NCBI RefSeq assembly: GCF_021028975.2
Contig: NC_059429.1
Span: forward strand, 95,728,001 to 95,792,000
Length of the DNA stretch: 64,000 nucleotides
Origin: Sphaerodactylus townsendi
Lineage: Eukaryota
Direction: 5' to 3'
Shown piece by piece: positions 37,571-50,400 of the stretch. A model generated the notes under the pieces. That model saw nothing but the letters and a program-made list of their open reading frames with translations, had not been told where the DNA came from and made no database searches. The position numbers and the translations under genes were made by a program. The stretch's first letter is position 1; each line of letters starts with the position of its first letter.

Positions 37571-37762
37571 CAGAGGTGGGATCCAACCAGTTCTCACCAC
37601 TTCTCTAGAAGTGTTTACTAATTTTTTCTGAGTGCCGAGAAGGGGTTACTAAAGCAACCTCCCTGCCCAATAGGGACTGGAGGTGCGTGTGTGCGGCGGT
37701 GCCACTGTTTCAATCCCACCACCATCAGAACCTGTTATTAAATTTTTTGGATCCCACCACTG
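37571..37762. mobile_element. 192-bp hAT MITE
   Basis: CAGAGGTGGGATCCAA / TTGGATCCCACCACTG; exact TSD GAATAGAT at 37563-37570 and 37763-37770. Confidence 0.92.
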
Positions 37763-38274
37763 GAATAGATCCTGCAGTAAAAAGAATTACAGATGCACTC
37801 CCCTGCCCCAACCGGAAAAATTTAGTATCACAGCCATTATGGCAGTGTAACTAAACAATATTTGGATGGCACAAGGGAAGCTGCAGGGATTCAGGGAATA
37901 GGTGGAAGTTGTTCACCACAACAACTTTGTCCCGTATCCTCTTGCTGGATTATTTTGTTAGGGAGGCTAAAATGCCCTCTTCTAGCCAGCCCTTTTCTGG
38001 TGTCCCAGTCTATACATTGTTTAGGCAAAACTTACAGGGGAGCTTTATGAATAGTCTTAGAACAAATTTGTTTACACTGATATTTGATCACAGAATTGAG
38101 TCAAGTCCAAATGCATCTTAAATCCCAGCAAGGTTTCCAAGGTATAAACTTTCAAGAGTCAAAACTCCCTTCATCTGATATCTGAAAAGGGAGCTTTTCT
38201 TCGACTGTCAAAAGCTTATAGTCTGGAAATCTTGTTGATCTTTCAAGTTCAGAAGCACCTTAATATTGTATATT

Positions 38275-39420
38275 CAATTCTGCTCTATGCAGATGACGCT
38301 GTCCTTCTCTCTCGATCCAGAGTTGGCCTCAGACGCTTAATGAAGCGCTGTGTGGATTACTGTGAATCCAACAGACTGACAATTAATTATGAAAAAACCA
38401 AGGTATTGGTTTTCTCTAAGCGCTTTAAGAAGCTCACATGGGCAATGAAAAGCACCCAAATTGAACAGGTTAAGTGCTATAAATACCTTGGCCTCTTATT
38501 CTCCTTTAACCTTTCATGGGCAACCCAGAGGAAGGCTGCTCTCCTAGCTACATCTAACAGTATGTCAGCATTACTACGTTTCTTTTACAGCAGTGGCCGC
38601 TCCTTTATCCCTCCTGCCCTCAAATTTTTCAATGCCAAAGTCGCCTCGAGATTGCTTTACGGAGTCCCAATCTGGATTCAAGCTATTAACCACTCCTTGA
38701 ATTCTCTTCAATCCAAATTTTTTCACAACATAACTGGACTCACAAATTGCGTGCCCTATGCAGCTCTTTGTCTGGAGTTAGGTCAAAACTCCTTGGAATC
38801 AGCCGCTTGGCTGAGGACTTTTAGATTCTGGCTGCGAATTCACTTTCTCTCAGACTGTAATTCCCTGGTCCACTGTCTGCTCTCTGACACCCATTCCAAC
38901 CCCTGGTTTTCCATAATTGAAGAAAAAATGGCCTCTATTGGACTGTCAGTGGATTCACTTTGCCCTTTGTCCTATTCAGAAGCTTACAGGAAATTAAAAG
39001 ATCAACTATTGGATAGAGAGTTCTCTACCCTAATCACCACAGCCAAGAAAACATGCTCCCCCCTGTATTTTTCTCTCCCATTTGAACGGGGCCACTTGGC
39101 TCAATACCTGTACTGCTTAATAAACCCTGTTCAAAGGAGAGCCATAATGCTCGCCAGGTTTAATGTTATGCCTTCTGCCTTGTTACATGGCAGATTTAAT
39201 AAGCAAGAAAAGGCTAAAAGATTGTGTCCATGTAACGATGGCTCAGTTGAATCTCTGGCCCACCAATTACTACACTGTCGCAGATTCAAGGAAATCAGAT
39301 CCAAGTATGTGAATCTTACTCCTTTACATTTACCCCATCTCCCCGATTTAATTAGATTACACTACTTGTTGGACAACCCTGATCCTTCACTCTGTATGAT
39401 AGTGGCAGACTTTCTCCTGG
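38275..39420 (+). mobile_element. 5'-truncated non-LTR retrotransposon ORF2 (RT C-half + CCHC zinc knuckle, RTE-X-like)
   Basis: Within ORF 38232-39470: LLYADDAVLL, INYEKTKVL, YKYLG, RLCPCNDGSVESLAHQLLHC; stop-free. Confidence 0.9.
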
Positions 39421-39640
39421 AAAACCCTAGCATGATTTTTCAGGATTTTTGGAGGATGCTTGAAATATAAGCCCCACTCCAAAAATAAGCCCTAGTAACA
39501 GATTCCCCGGCGCTACTGATCTGGACATGTGGGGCACACAAATCATGGGAAAAAAATAAGACATCCCCTGAAAATAAGCCCTAACGCATCTTTTGGAGCA
39601 AAAGTTAATAAAACCCTGTCTTATTTTCAGGGAAACAGGG
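39421..39640. mobile_element. Tc1/mariner-pogo (Tc2-like) MITE fragment
   Basis: Repeated AAAATAAGCCCTA / AAAATAAGAC motifs and terminus GTCTTATTTTCAGGGAAACAGGG; other end missing. Confidence 0.55.
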
Positions 39641-41777
39641 CTTGTGTAAGAAGTGTTTGATTATATTTATGAGTCATCATTGCATAAATCAAGCTTGCAT
39701 GAATCAACAGTTAAGTGAGGTACACCACCAGCACACATCAACTTCACCAAGATGAAGTCCTTCACAACAATCCTTCCTCAATTTAAAAGGTCAGGCTTCA
39801 GAGAACTACCACGAGAAAAACCCAAAAGGCTGATAAACAAACAACTGATATCTTTGCACCAAGTAGTTTTGAAATCGGGCAGAGGGTTTGAAATACCGTA
39901 AAGGGGTATTGTTGGAGAAACATAAGCCATCTCTTTGGTATGCTGAAGTAAATGCAGTATTCTATCACATTGTCTCATGGTAGAATCAGAAACTCTGTAG
40001 AAGATTTGGGATACCTTGCCATCATTTTAAGATTGCTGCTGAAAAGAGGGCCTTCCCCAAGGCAATGTTTTTTAACAAATATATATTTTGTTGGGAACAT
40101 GTTCATCTGAAAGAATACCCCTCTCTGCAGGTTTATGGTGCTAATGCATTCTTCAGGCTCAACTTTCATAAACCCATCATCTTCTAGGAGCACCAAAAAG
40201 TAGCATTTTCCCAGAAAACTGTGCAATGGTAGGAATTCATTAATTTGCATTAACAAAACTTCCCCTTTAGTAGAAGTCTGGCATTTATTTTACCCTACAG
40301 CACTGAGGTCTCTGTGTGATTCACAATTTGTTGATGTTTCCTTGAAGTGTTATTTTCATTCCCATGGAACTGTTCTATACAGGTAAACAGAAATATACAC
40401 ATGCACAGCTGTTGTGCCAACAAACTGGAGAAAAAAGTCCTACCCCTTTAAAATAGGCTTAATATATGGAAACAGTCAGAAAGCTTTTCATGGCACTTAA
40501 AGAACATCACTTGGTTAATAACACTCAGAAAGTCTCTGTTAAAAGGGCAGACTTTTTTCCCCTCCAGGTTGATGGCTACTATACTTGTAGGACAAGATAA
40601 GAACATTGGAAGATAGACAGTCAGTGGGCCAGAATTTATGGTCTTAATAGGAGAAATCTAGCAGTTCTGTATAGAAACTCATACCCTAATAAAAACAGGC
40701 ATCTATGAAAAGTGTTCAGAATAGATGCTATCAGAACAGAACTCAATTGGTTTCTCTGCAGACTGCAGTCAATTATAATGCCTGGAGCACCCTCTGCTGG
40801 CATTCATTTCTATTACACCTTCCCTTGAATGAAAAGTGGTTGAAGTATGGGTGGATGGTATATTATGGAATACTCTTAAGTCTCAGCATAAGGCAGTACC
40901 ATAGCCCTCAATCTTAAAGTTTTAAAATGATTATTAAATCGAAGTTCAAGTGGAATCTCAGTATTCACTCAGGGGAAAGTTTCCCAAAGCTGAAATTCTG
41001 TGTGTGACACCTTTGAAACAAAGAATATTCTCATAAAGCTGCCATCTGCCGCTTGGGCCCAGCTATTCCAGAATATCACATTCCTATAAACAAAGGATAA
41101 CCTTTATTTAACAGCAGACAACTTTTTTTATATAAAAGAGAGGCACCACATTTCCAGCATAATACAGCTATACGAAAAGGTGATCCTATCAGAAAAGAAT
41201 TGAGAAAATCAATGCAGAAAACAATCCTGGATTTTTTTTTCTCTGTGAGGACTTCAGTCACTTCTTCCACTTTAGAAGCATGTGTGGAGAAGAAATATGA
41301 GAGAAGCTGTTTAGACTGCAATGCTATCAAAATTTTCTTGGGAGTAAGTCCTGTTGAACACATCAGGATGCACTTTGATGTAATTATACACAAAAGCAAA
41401 CTACGTGATACTACAGTCCGGAAAATTATGAGTTTCCTTCAATCTCCAGAGCTATACAAGAAGATGTAGTTCCTAATTTAGGGAGTGCCCTTGTAGATCA
41501 AAACAGTTATTCCTCTCCATCAGTTACACCCTTCTAAATCCATTGAATTCAATGGGGCATAACACTGTTGATTACAGCACTGCTTGTCTGGCATTCCAGT
41601 TTCAGTTTCCAAAGTGCCAACAAATAAGGCATCAGGACTAGAGATTCCCTTTAATCTTCCTGGCTAGTAGCTATTGATGGTCCTACCCTCTATTGACCTA
41701 ATCCCCCTTAAAAGCCATCTATGCTACTGGTCATCAATACATCCACTAGCAATGGAATCCAGTAGATACCATAGAAA

Positions 41778-41990
41778 CCCAGTGCAGTAAGTGATGGACT
41801 AAGGTATGGCAAACCCAGGTTTGAATCATCATTCCACCATAGAAGCTTGCTGGATGACTTTTGGCCAGTAATTCCCTCTCAGTCTATCCCATCTCATAGG
41901 TTTATTGTGAGAAGTAAACAGAAGAGGTAAGAACAATATTGTAATCTGATTCAGATCTCCATCTGGAAGAAAAGCAGGGTATAAATATAC
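41778..41990 (+). mobile_element. Squam3/MIR-like SINE
   Basis: AACCCAGGTTTGAATC B-box-like, GCTGGATGACTTTTGGCCAGT core, GAAAAGCAGGGTATAAAT tail. Confidence 0.6.
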
Positions 41991-42404
41991 AGATTAAGAT
42001 TGGAAACTACTAATTGAATATATACTTTTGCTGGCTGACCTTTCTCAACTGTCAACTAAATTGAAATCTCCATGTCTTTCTTCACCCCATGCATGTTATA
42101 AATCTCAATCATGCCCCCACGGCAGGCATTGGTTATATTGACAATTCTATTTTCAATTTCTTTCCTAGTAATAACCAGAAAGGAGTTTGCCTTTTTCACC
42201 TATGCCACATACGGGCAGTTGAATTTTTCATTGTGCTATCCGCTGCAACACCAATATCCTTTTCCCTCTCAGCCACCACCATTTCAAACCCCATCACAAT
42301 ATATTTAAAGTTAAGATTTTTTTTTTTGCCCCATTCATTCTTTACCTGCTTTGAACTTCATTTGCCTTGTTGTTGTCACTCTTGGCACTCTTCACAATAT
42401 GCGT

Positions 42405-42535
42405 AGGTTTTCATCATCTTGGATAATTTGGTATCATCTGCCAACTTGGTCACTATACTGTTCACCCGCTTGTTTCTAGATAATTTCTGAATAACTTTAA
42501 TATCACTGACTACCACACCAATCACTGTGGACACA
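42405..42535 (-). mobile_element. CR1 LINE RT fragment
   Basis: Minus translation includes KLADDTKL (FADDTKL motif). Confidence 0.55.
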
Positions 42536-44294
42536 GAACAGTGGAACACAAGAAAGTATGTCCCTGTATTTCAGAACTGTTCAGTTAAGAATATGATGAT
42601 ATATCTAAACATGTGAACTGAATGAAAATGGGGAACAGAAGTCAGGTGCAGTCTTATATCATCAGAAAGCACCTTGGAGGATGTTCTGCCTACATCTTTC
42701 TATCACAAAAGCAATACATAGCTCTGATCATTAGCACCTACCAGGAGATGACTCAGATGTCAGCACATCCAGTTCTACTGCTGGCTAAAAACTTGTTCAT
42801 GTGCAAAATGTTAGACACTCTCTACATGGACTGCCAAAAAAGATTAATTGGGCAATGGGGTACCAATATAAAACAAATTTCCCTTGCCCTCCAGTTCTCC
42901 CCATCTCCGCAAAAAAACCTCACAAACCTTTCCTCCATCCCACCAAGTGGCTGCCATCTGGCAACACACTAGGGGCAGTGGGGGCACGATCAGGGAAGGA
43001 GCACTTTTAAAAAATGCACCTAGCTTTTCCCTCCCTCCCTCCCAGCGGCTCTGTGATTGCTGGCTGATCCGCCTCTGGATATAGGTAATGTTGAGAGAGT
43101 AGATTTACATATAAACCCCTCCAAAAAATATCAAGTAAATCAGTACAGTGACAGGAGGTCCAAGCCTTTCCCATGACATTTACAGTTCTATCAGTTCTAT
43201 CTAAGCAGAATTGTACTCTTTCCAAGTCCACTGAAGGGTGTACTCCACGTTGGAATGCACTGCAAACAGACCAAGCAATCTAACCTAGATCTGAACAGAA
43301 CAAGGGAAGTTCACCAGCCTAGTCACAAAGGCAACTAGGCTAAACACCATGGCAGGGAAGAGAGCAGATGGGCTGGCAGCAGTAGGAACAGATGGGCTGG
43401 CAAGGCTAAGCCTGGCCTTCATTTGCAGAGAAGAATGCATTGCTCTTGCTCTCAGCATTATGCATTTGGCCCACAGCCTATTTTAGCAGCAGCCAATTGA
43501 GCATGGAGGTCAGTTGCAAGAACAGAGTTTGACTAGCCCTTTATGGATAAAAAACAATGGCAGACAGTTTCCAAAGGCAAGGATTGTGCTCCTTTTACAA
43601 TTGACAAGTGCACCTCTACTGTGAAAATACCAGCATGAAAGTCAAAGTTCCAAACATAGCTAATCATCTGTAAAGCCCTGAGACATGAGGTGCTATTGGC
43701 AAGGAAAAGCCTACATTATATTTCATGCTTTTCTCGGGAAACAGTAGCATGACTTAGAATCATTCATACAAATCCACTCTTTTAATCCTCTATGGCCTGT
43801 AACTGTAAATATGGAACCAGCAAAGCTACCATCTCAGCCTCTGTGTTGCCAATATCATGCCACACCTTCTGTAACAGCTGACTACTCTCAGTTCAGTGAA
43901 GGGAGCATGGAAGGAAGAAATGCCATGATGGGCATAATGTTGAGTTCAAAATAAAGGGAGCACACTGAACAAGAAAGATACATACTGATTTTACTGGGGT
44001 TTTTTTCTGTGTTACCTCTTCAGTACCCTACCAGCAATCATTAACTTTACTATAATGGAATGTTAAGGAACGTGAAATAAATACAAAGGGACTGTGGATT
44101 GCACAATGTGTTGTACATATTATTCGTTGCTGTATGTATTGTTGTATTATGTGATTTCTGCATTAATTTGAAGTCCCATAATACTTATGCTTTGTTCTAG
44201 CTTTGTTCCAGATTACTTTGTTTTAGTTTTTGCAGTCATAGCCCTATGACATCATTATTGGATGTCTAATCCTATTGACTGCATTAAGTTACAC

Positions 44295-44476
44295 TAGCAT
44301 CCCCAAACTTTTTGGGACTGCAGGTACCAATAGAATTCTGACATACCATGGTGAGGGCTGCCACAAAATGTCTGTCACAGGTGGAGTCCGCCATAAAAAT
44401 GGCTACTGCAGTGAAGAGCCAATCAGAAGACTTGCTGGGTAGAAGGTGTTGTGGGCATCATGTTTGGGGCACCCTG
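44295..44476. mobile_element. Older hAT MITE
   Basis: TAGCATCCCCAAAC / GTTTGGGGCACCCTG; TSD AGTTACAC / ACTTACAC (7 of 8). Confidence 0.65.
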
Positions 44477-45171
44477 ACTTACACTGGGTAGGCTGCCTTG
44501 AATCTCAGTGGGGAAAGCAACTATAAATAAATAATTCAATGTATAGAGGATACATTGTCTACATTAGGTATTCTGCCTAAAGAAACTCACTTTGCAAAAC
44601 CAATAGCCATTCACATCAAGACTTTGAGAAGCCTGAGTTTTCTCTATCTCTGCGCATCTGACTCCTTCAGCAAAAATGGGCCTGTCTTCATACTGTGCTC
44701 AGTCATTCCTAATAGTTTTGCCTAGTAAAAACTGTCGTATTAATACAAGCTGAACAGTCTGCACAATCATGCCAGTGTGGGAAACTTCTAGCAAAGAATT
44801 ATTTATGGGTTTTGTTTAGAATTAAAGCACTAGGATGAGTCCCAGGAAGCTTCTGTGATAACACATCTATGATAAGAGCTTTTAAAATTTTCTGATGAAC
44901 ACTGACGTTCCCCAGAAGCTTATCAGAGGTTTTTCAATGAGAAGCCTAGTAATAGTGAACTTTTCCAAAACTCTGTCCCCCACTACCAGTGATGCTGATC
45001 TTCTGAAAAAATCCGAGTAGGAATTTTTCCCGAGATCTTAAATACAGTGTTATTTGATTTAGCATGTTTATTCTATTTAGGAAACCAAATTTAAGAAGTA
45101 CTGTCACATTAATTTCATATCTCGGTGGCAATATGTGAACTGAAATATTCAACTAAGAAAAATATACTCTA

Positions 45172-46265
45172 CTTTCAACATCTTTATAAATGACTTGAAG
45201 GAAAAAGGGATGCTCATTACATTTGCAGATGATACTGAATTGGGAGGAGTAGCAAATGCAGTAGAAGACAGAATCAAGGTTCAGGATGACCTGGACAGGC
45301 TGATAAACTGGGCTAAAACTAATACAATGAAGTTCAACAGATATAAAAGTAAAGTTCTGCATTTAGGTTGGAAAATCAAATGCATTATAGGATGGGGAAA
45401 AATTGTCTTGGCAGTAGAACATGTGAAAAGGATCTGAGTCCATACACTGAATATAAGTCAACAGTGTGATGTGGTAGATTAAAAAAAAGGTAAATGTGCT
45501 TTTGGGCTGTATCAATGGAAGTATAGTGTCCTGATCACAGCAAGTGATATATCACTTTCCACTGCTCTGGTTAGACCTCACTTGGAGTAGTGCATTCAGT
45601 TTTGGAAGGATGCAGTTTAAGAAGGATGTTGACAAACTGAAAAGTGTCCAGAAAAAGGCAGCAAAGATGGTAGAGGGTTTGGTGACCCCATCCTGTGAGA
45701 AAAGGTTGAAGGAGCTTGTTATGTTCAGCCTGGAGAGGAGATGACTGAGAAGTGATATGATAGCCATCTTCAAGTATTTTTAACGATTGTCGTGCAGAGG
45801 ATAGAGTGGAGTTGTTTACTGTTGCCCCAGGAGGCTGGACAAGAACCAACATGTTGAAAATAAATCAAAAGCATTCAGCTAAACATTAGGAAGAACCTCC
45901 TGACAGAACAGTTCTTCAGTGGAACAGGCTTCCTTGGGAGGTGGTGGGCTCTTCTTCTTTGGAGGTTTTTAAGAAAACTAGATGGCCATGTGATAGCAAT
46001 GTTGATTCTATGAATTTAGGCAGATCATGACAGGGAGGGCAGGAAGGGATGAGGCAGTGCTTGGCTTTCATTGTCCTTTCTTATATGCCCAGGGTAATGC
46101 GGACTGCCACTTTGGGGCAAAAAAGAAATTTTCCTACAGGCCAGACTGGCCCAGGGATCCTGGAGGTTTGTTGCCTTCCTCTGGGCATAAAGTAGGGCTC
46201 ACTGGGGGAGTGGGTAGGCATTTCCTGCATTGTGCCCTAGAAGACCCTTCAAACCCTGTTTCTAA
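45172..46265 (+). mobile_element. 5'-truncated CR1 LINE (RT C-terminus and 3'UTR)
   Basis: FNIFINDL..FADDTELGG..QDDLDRL..W...MKFN..KSKVLHLG; RLKELVMFSLERR; CR1-type 3' end. Confidence 0.9.
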
Positions 46266-46293
46266 ATGCTAATTCAAACTTGAATCTCTGCAC

Positions 46294-46597
46294 CAGGGAT
46301 CCCCAGTGTGGTGCCCATGGGTGCCACAGCACCCACTGACACCTTCTCTGGTGCCTGCCAAGGGTTTTTAGAAAGTGGGTGGGGCCAGGTGGGGTTTTCG
46401 GCCTGAAAGGTTTCTGATTGGCTGCACAGATTTTTAGACTGTTGCTTTGGCACCACAGCACAAGGATCTTCACTGTTACTGAAGGGAAGCTGGTGTTACC
46501 ATTTTATGATTGTGTCCATCTCTTGCAGCAGCCATTTTGTGGCCGTGCCCAACACATTGTGTCAGAATTCCAAATGTGCCTGCAAGCTCAAACACAG
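46294..46597. mobile_element. Older hAT MITE, right TIR eroded
   Basis: Starts CAGGGATCCCCAG; flanks CTCTGCAC / CTCTACAC (7 of 8). Confidence 0.6.
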
Positions 46598-47429
46598 CTC
46601 TACACAGGTATAATCACCTGAAAAACAATTGCAACTTTGAAACTGCCATGATTGTCTTATATTTTATTGGCAATGGCATCCATTGGCTGTTATAAATTTT
46701 ATGAAACAACGAATCTTTGCAAACAGAAAATTGTTGAAGGAAAAATAAAAGCCCTGAACTATTTTCCACCCCACGTCTCAGATTGCTACTGATGTTCCCA
46801 TGCAACTCACAGCAGAAAAGTGTTGGTGACCAGGATTGCCTGGCCAATATGAACTGTGTATACACATAAAAACAGAATATTCTGCAATACACCATAATTA
46901 ACATCGACAAGCTTTTCAGCAAGCTATGCAGAAATTAGCAGAATTCCCTATAGTTTGAAAACCACTGGCTTTTGGGAATCATAAGCTTAAAGACATTCTG
47001 CCTGAGACAAATGTCTTTTTTTGAGCTTCCAATTTAAAATATCCAATCCTATGTTACAAACTTTCCACAGTAAGCTCAAGCCTGTACTGTAGAAATTTTC
47101 CATTTTTAAATATAGAAGAAAACAAATTTTGGAAGCTGTCTAGTTCAATTCAAATCCTTCCCCCCGCCCCAAATCTTGGGGTTGTTGTTTTCATTCCTTT
47201 CTTTTCAAAACACTAACCCCTTGAATCTATTTCAGTTTTTTTCCTTATGCCCAATAAAAAAGTGTTTTTTTAAAAAAAATTCCTTAATTTGCACATAAAC
47301 AGCTTGCAACAAAAATGGCATATAAACAGCAACAAAAATTAGGCAATCTGAAACTGATGATGACAACATATGAAAGCTATGGGAAACAAAACCAGCCTCA
47401 TTGGGATTTCTGTTCTCAAAAATGTTTGA

Positions 47430-50400
47430 ACATACTTCCCACTGTTTATTTTCACTTTGCCATACCAGTAATCATCATATAAATGACCCTCCAAAACAGT
47501 CACCCATTTTTCCAGGAAGGAAGGTTACAAAAGAATACAACATTTGAAAGATTCTTCCTTTTCTAATTTAATAGAAATAACCAAAACAAAAGTGGCTTTC
47601 AAACAATGCTTCTTAAAACTGTTCTAGTACAACTGCTACACCACATTCCAGAGCATTTAACAAGAAATATTTACAGGCTGCTAAATGTATTAAATAATCA
47701 CATAAAAGGGGAAAAATGCCTTTATTACACACCAGCCAAAAACACAGGAACTGAACAATTAGGAACGTTAACTTGTTTAAAAAATTAAATATTATTCAGA
47801 GAATACAATACCACAAAAACAGCACTTTTTTGAAGAATCAGTAAAGTTGATTATGTGCAAAAAGTACCAGTTTTAATTACCGGAAAGAAATTAAGAATGC
47901 TGGGAACCGAACCCTTTAATTTGCATGTTTACATAAAAAATTAAAACAGGCTTTTTAATTGCACAAATCTTTATAGACCTGTTATATACACATTTAATGG
48001 CATTTTGAACTGAAGAAATGTCCACATCTGCAGGCCTTTAACAAACATGCATCATCTTCCATTTTGCAATTCATGTTCATACTAAGGGGAACGCTGAACA
48101 AAGGAAAAGACCCATAAAATTCTTCGCATATCGTTGTACACAGTCACAAATCATGGTAAACAAAAGCAGCAGCTCCTTAACTGCAAAAAGCACTCTGACA
48201 GCAAAGGGGCAAACTGCATTTTGTTATTGTAACTCAGCTACCCCAAGTACAATTTTTTAAAAGTATTTTGATTCAGACACATCACCAAAAAAGAGGGGAG
48301 AAACAAGTAGGCAAACACAAACAGCTAGGACAGATGGAGTTTCCATTCATGCAACTGAGATAAAGGAAAATGTGGTGGCCATATCTGACGTCACAGGTCT
48401 TGTGCATTAATCTGAAATAGGTCTATGTAAATTGTGGCATATAAAGTTTTTAGAAAAGTACCTCCATTATTTACTCAAACACCTACTTTTTAAAAAAATA
48501 TGTTAACTTTCCCCAATTTTTAAAATAAAATGCCACACTATAACTGCACACTTTTATTATTTTTTTAAGCTAGACTTGGGCAATACACATAAAACCTTCC
48601 TATAAAACCACTATCCAAAAGAAAAGATTCTTGCCATGCTAATAGGCAACAGACAAAGCAGTTTTATTGCTTTTTCCAAGGAACAGAAGGAAAAAGGAAA
48701 AAAGCCTACATCCAGCACATTATACACTCAACTTCAACATACCATGGCCATTACCTTAGATAGGGCTGGCGAATAAACTAGGTTATACAACAGAATGGCA
48801 AATTAGTGGTGATTTGTTCAAAAATATTGGTTGGTTGTAGTGGCTTGCAGAAATGTTTATAAAACATTCCATGTTCTCTATCCAGTGCTGAATATGCTAT
48901 CAGTCAATACCACTCCAATCAGTATTAATGGGAATCTTTTCATTTGAAAAAGGCTATCTACACCTAACAGCATTTCTACTTAAAAGCTTGGGGGGGCACC
49001 CCCTTTTTTTTTTTGGATAGTAACTCAGCCGTAGTAGTATATGGTAGGACACTTAATTCCAGGATACAGTCAATTAAGACCTGAACATACTTAGCTGGTT
49101 AAACTAACATTAATCACTACTAATTACATGGCAGGGGACCTGCTGAGGTAATTGAGAAGTCCACAGTCAGCATGCTGTACAGTTGTCCTTCCTGTTTCAA
49201 AGCAAACTGCCTTTTTCTTCTTTGGATTAACATAAACTTTAGGAACATACACAACTGAGATATTGGAGTTTTTTTGTTTTTACAAGAACATTTAAAATCA
49301 GAGCTTAAGAGTCCAATTAAGCAACAGAATATCTTGGAACCGCATTGTACATAAGTTACATTGTAATTATGCAGCACTGGTAAACCCATATCACATGCCA
49401 GGGAAGCTCCACTATCTACCTCAAACTTGATCTTTAACATAAGATGTGTTGTCAATCCCACTGTAGCTGAATTATTGCACAGGCATCCTGCCAAATGGAG
49501 GCTGCTCTGACTTCGCACACTTTGAGCAAAAATTGTGCTGAGCTGCCATTGGTTGGACATACCAGCTGGCAGAAGAGTTACTCTGGCTGACTGAATCATC
49601 AGTTCTGATAAAATGTATGAAGTCTAGATGGACATATTCATCTAGCTCAGACACCCTTCATCACAAACAAAATGTAACTGTACAGAATTTTTTTATTATC
49701 CACTGTCTTTCAAGTACCAAATGGAAAAAGCAACCAAAAATTAACGTGTTTGAGAAGGCTATTTATTGTTTTGTACAGAATAGAAGCATCCTTACAATCT
49801 GAAAACACTACTGTTTTCTTCCATACTAAACCCTGTAAGGTTGCACAAATCAAACCATGGCAAATGCCAAATGTTACTTGCAGGAGGGGTTATAGCAGAT
49901 GTTACAGTAAACTCCCCAGATGAGCAGCTCTTCTACTTATATAGCATGGAAAGATTTTGACAATTAGATAGCAGCTTTTGGGCAATATGGAAAGTCAGCT
50001 TACAAAATATTCTTTAGAGTACAAAAGACAGGATTCCAGTGCCAGAGTCGCTAGAAATTTTAAGTTTAATGGCACGTGTTTGAATGCACATGGAGTCACA
50101 CCAGAAAATATGATGCACAATACTAAAATTATCAGTTTTTTGTTCCAGTTTTTCCTCTGGACACTCAGAGGTGTTCCAAAATGTCAATTTAAGTGCACAC
50201 GCAAAACTTTCATAAGATCTGGCTGGAAAGTCAACATAATGAGGTGAAATCCCAAGTCCACACTCACCCTGCCCTGAAATGAACATAGAAGGAAATATTA
50301 ATGCTGGATTACATTGAGATTATCCGGCCATGGGAATTCCCCAATGTCATGAACCCATACCTGGATTGGGTGGATGAGTTCTGATGTCAGGAGATCCCTT

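Noticed and set aside
48386-48393. Perfect CRE palindrome TGACGTCA
   Set aside because: A single 8-mer in a 3'UTR is expected by chance in 64 kb
49120-49599. 159-aa minus-strand ORF
   Set aside because: Lies in the inferred TRIM33 3'UTR with no recognisable domain
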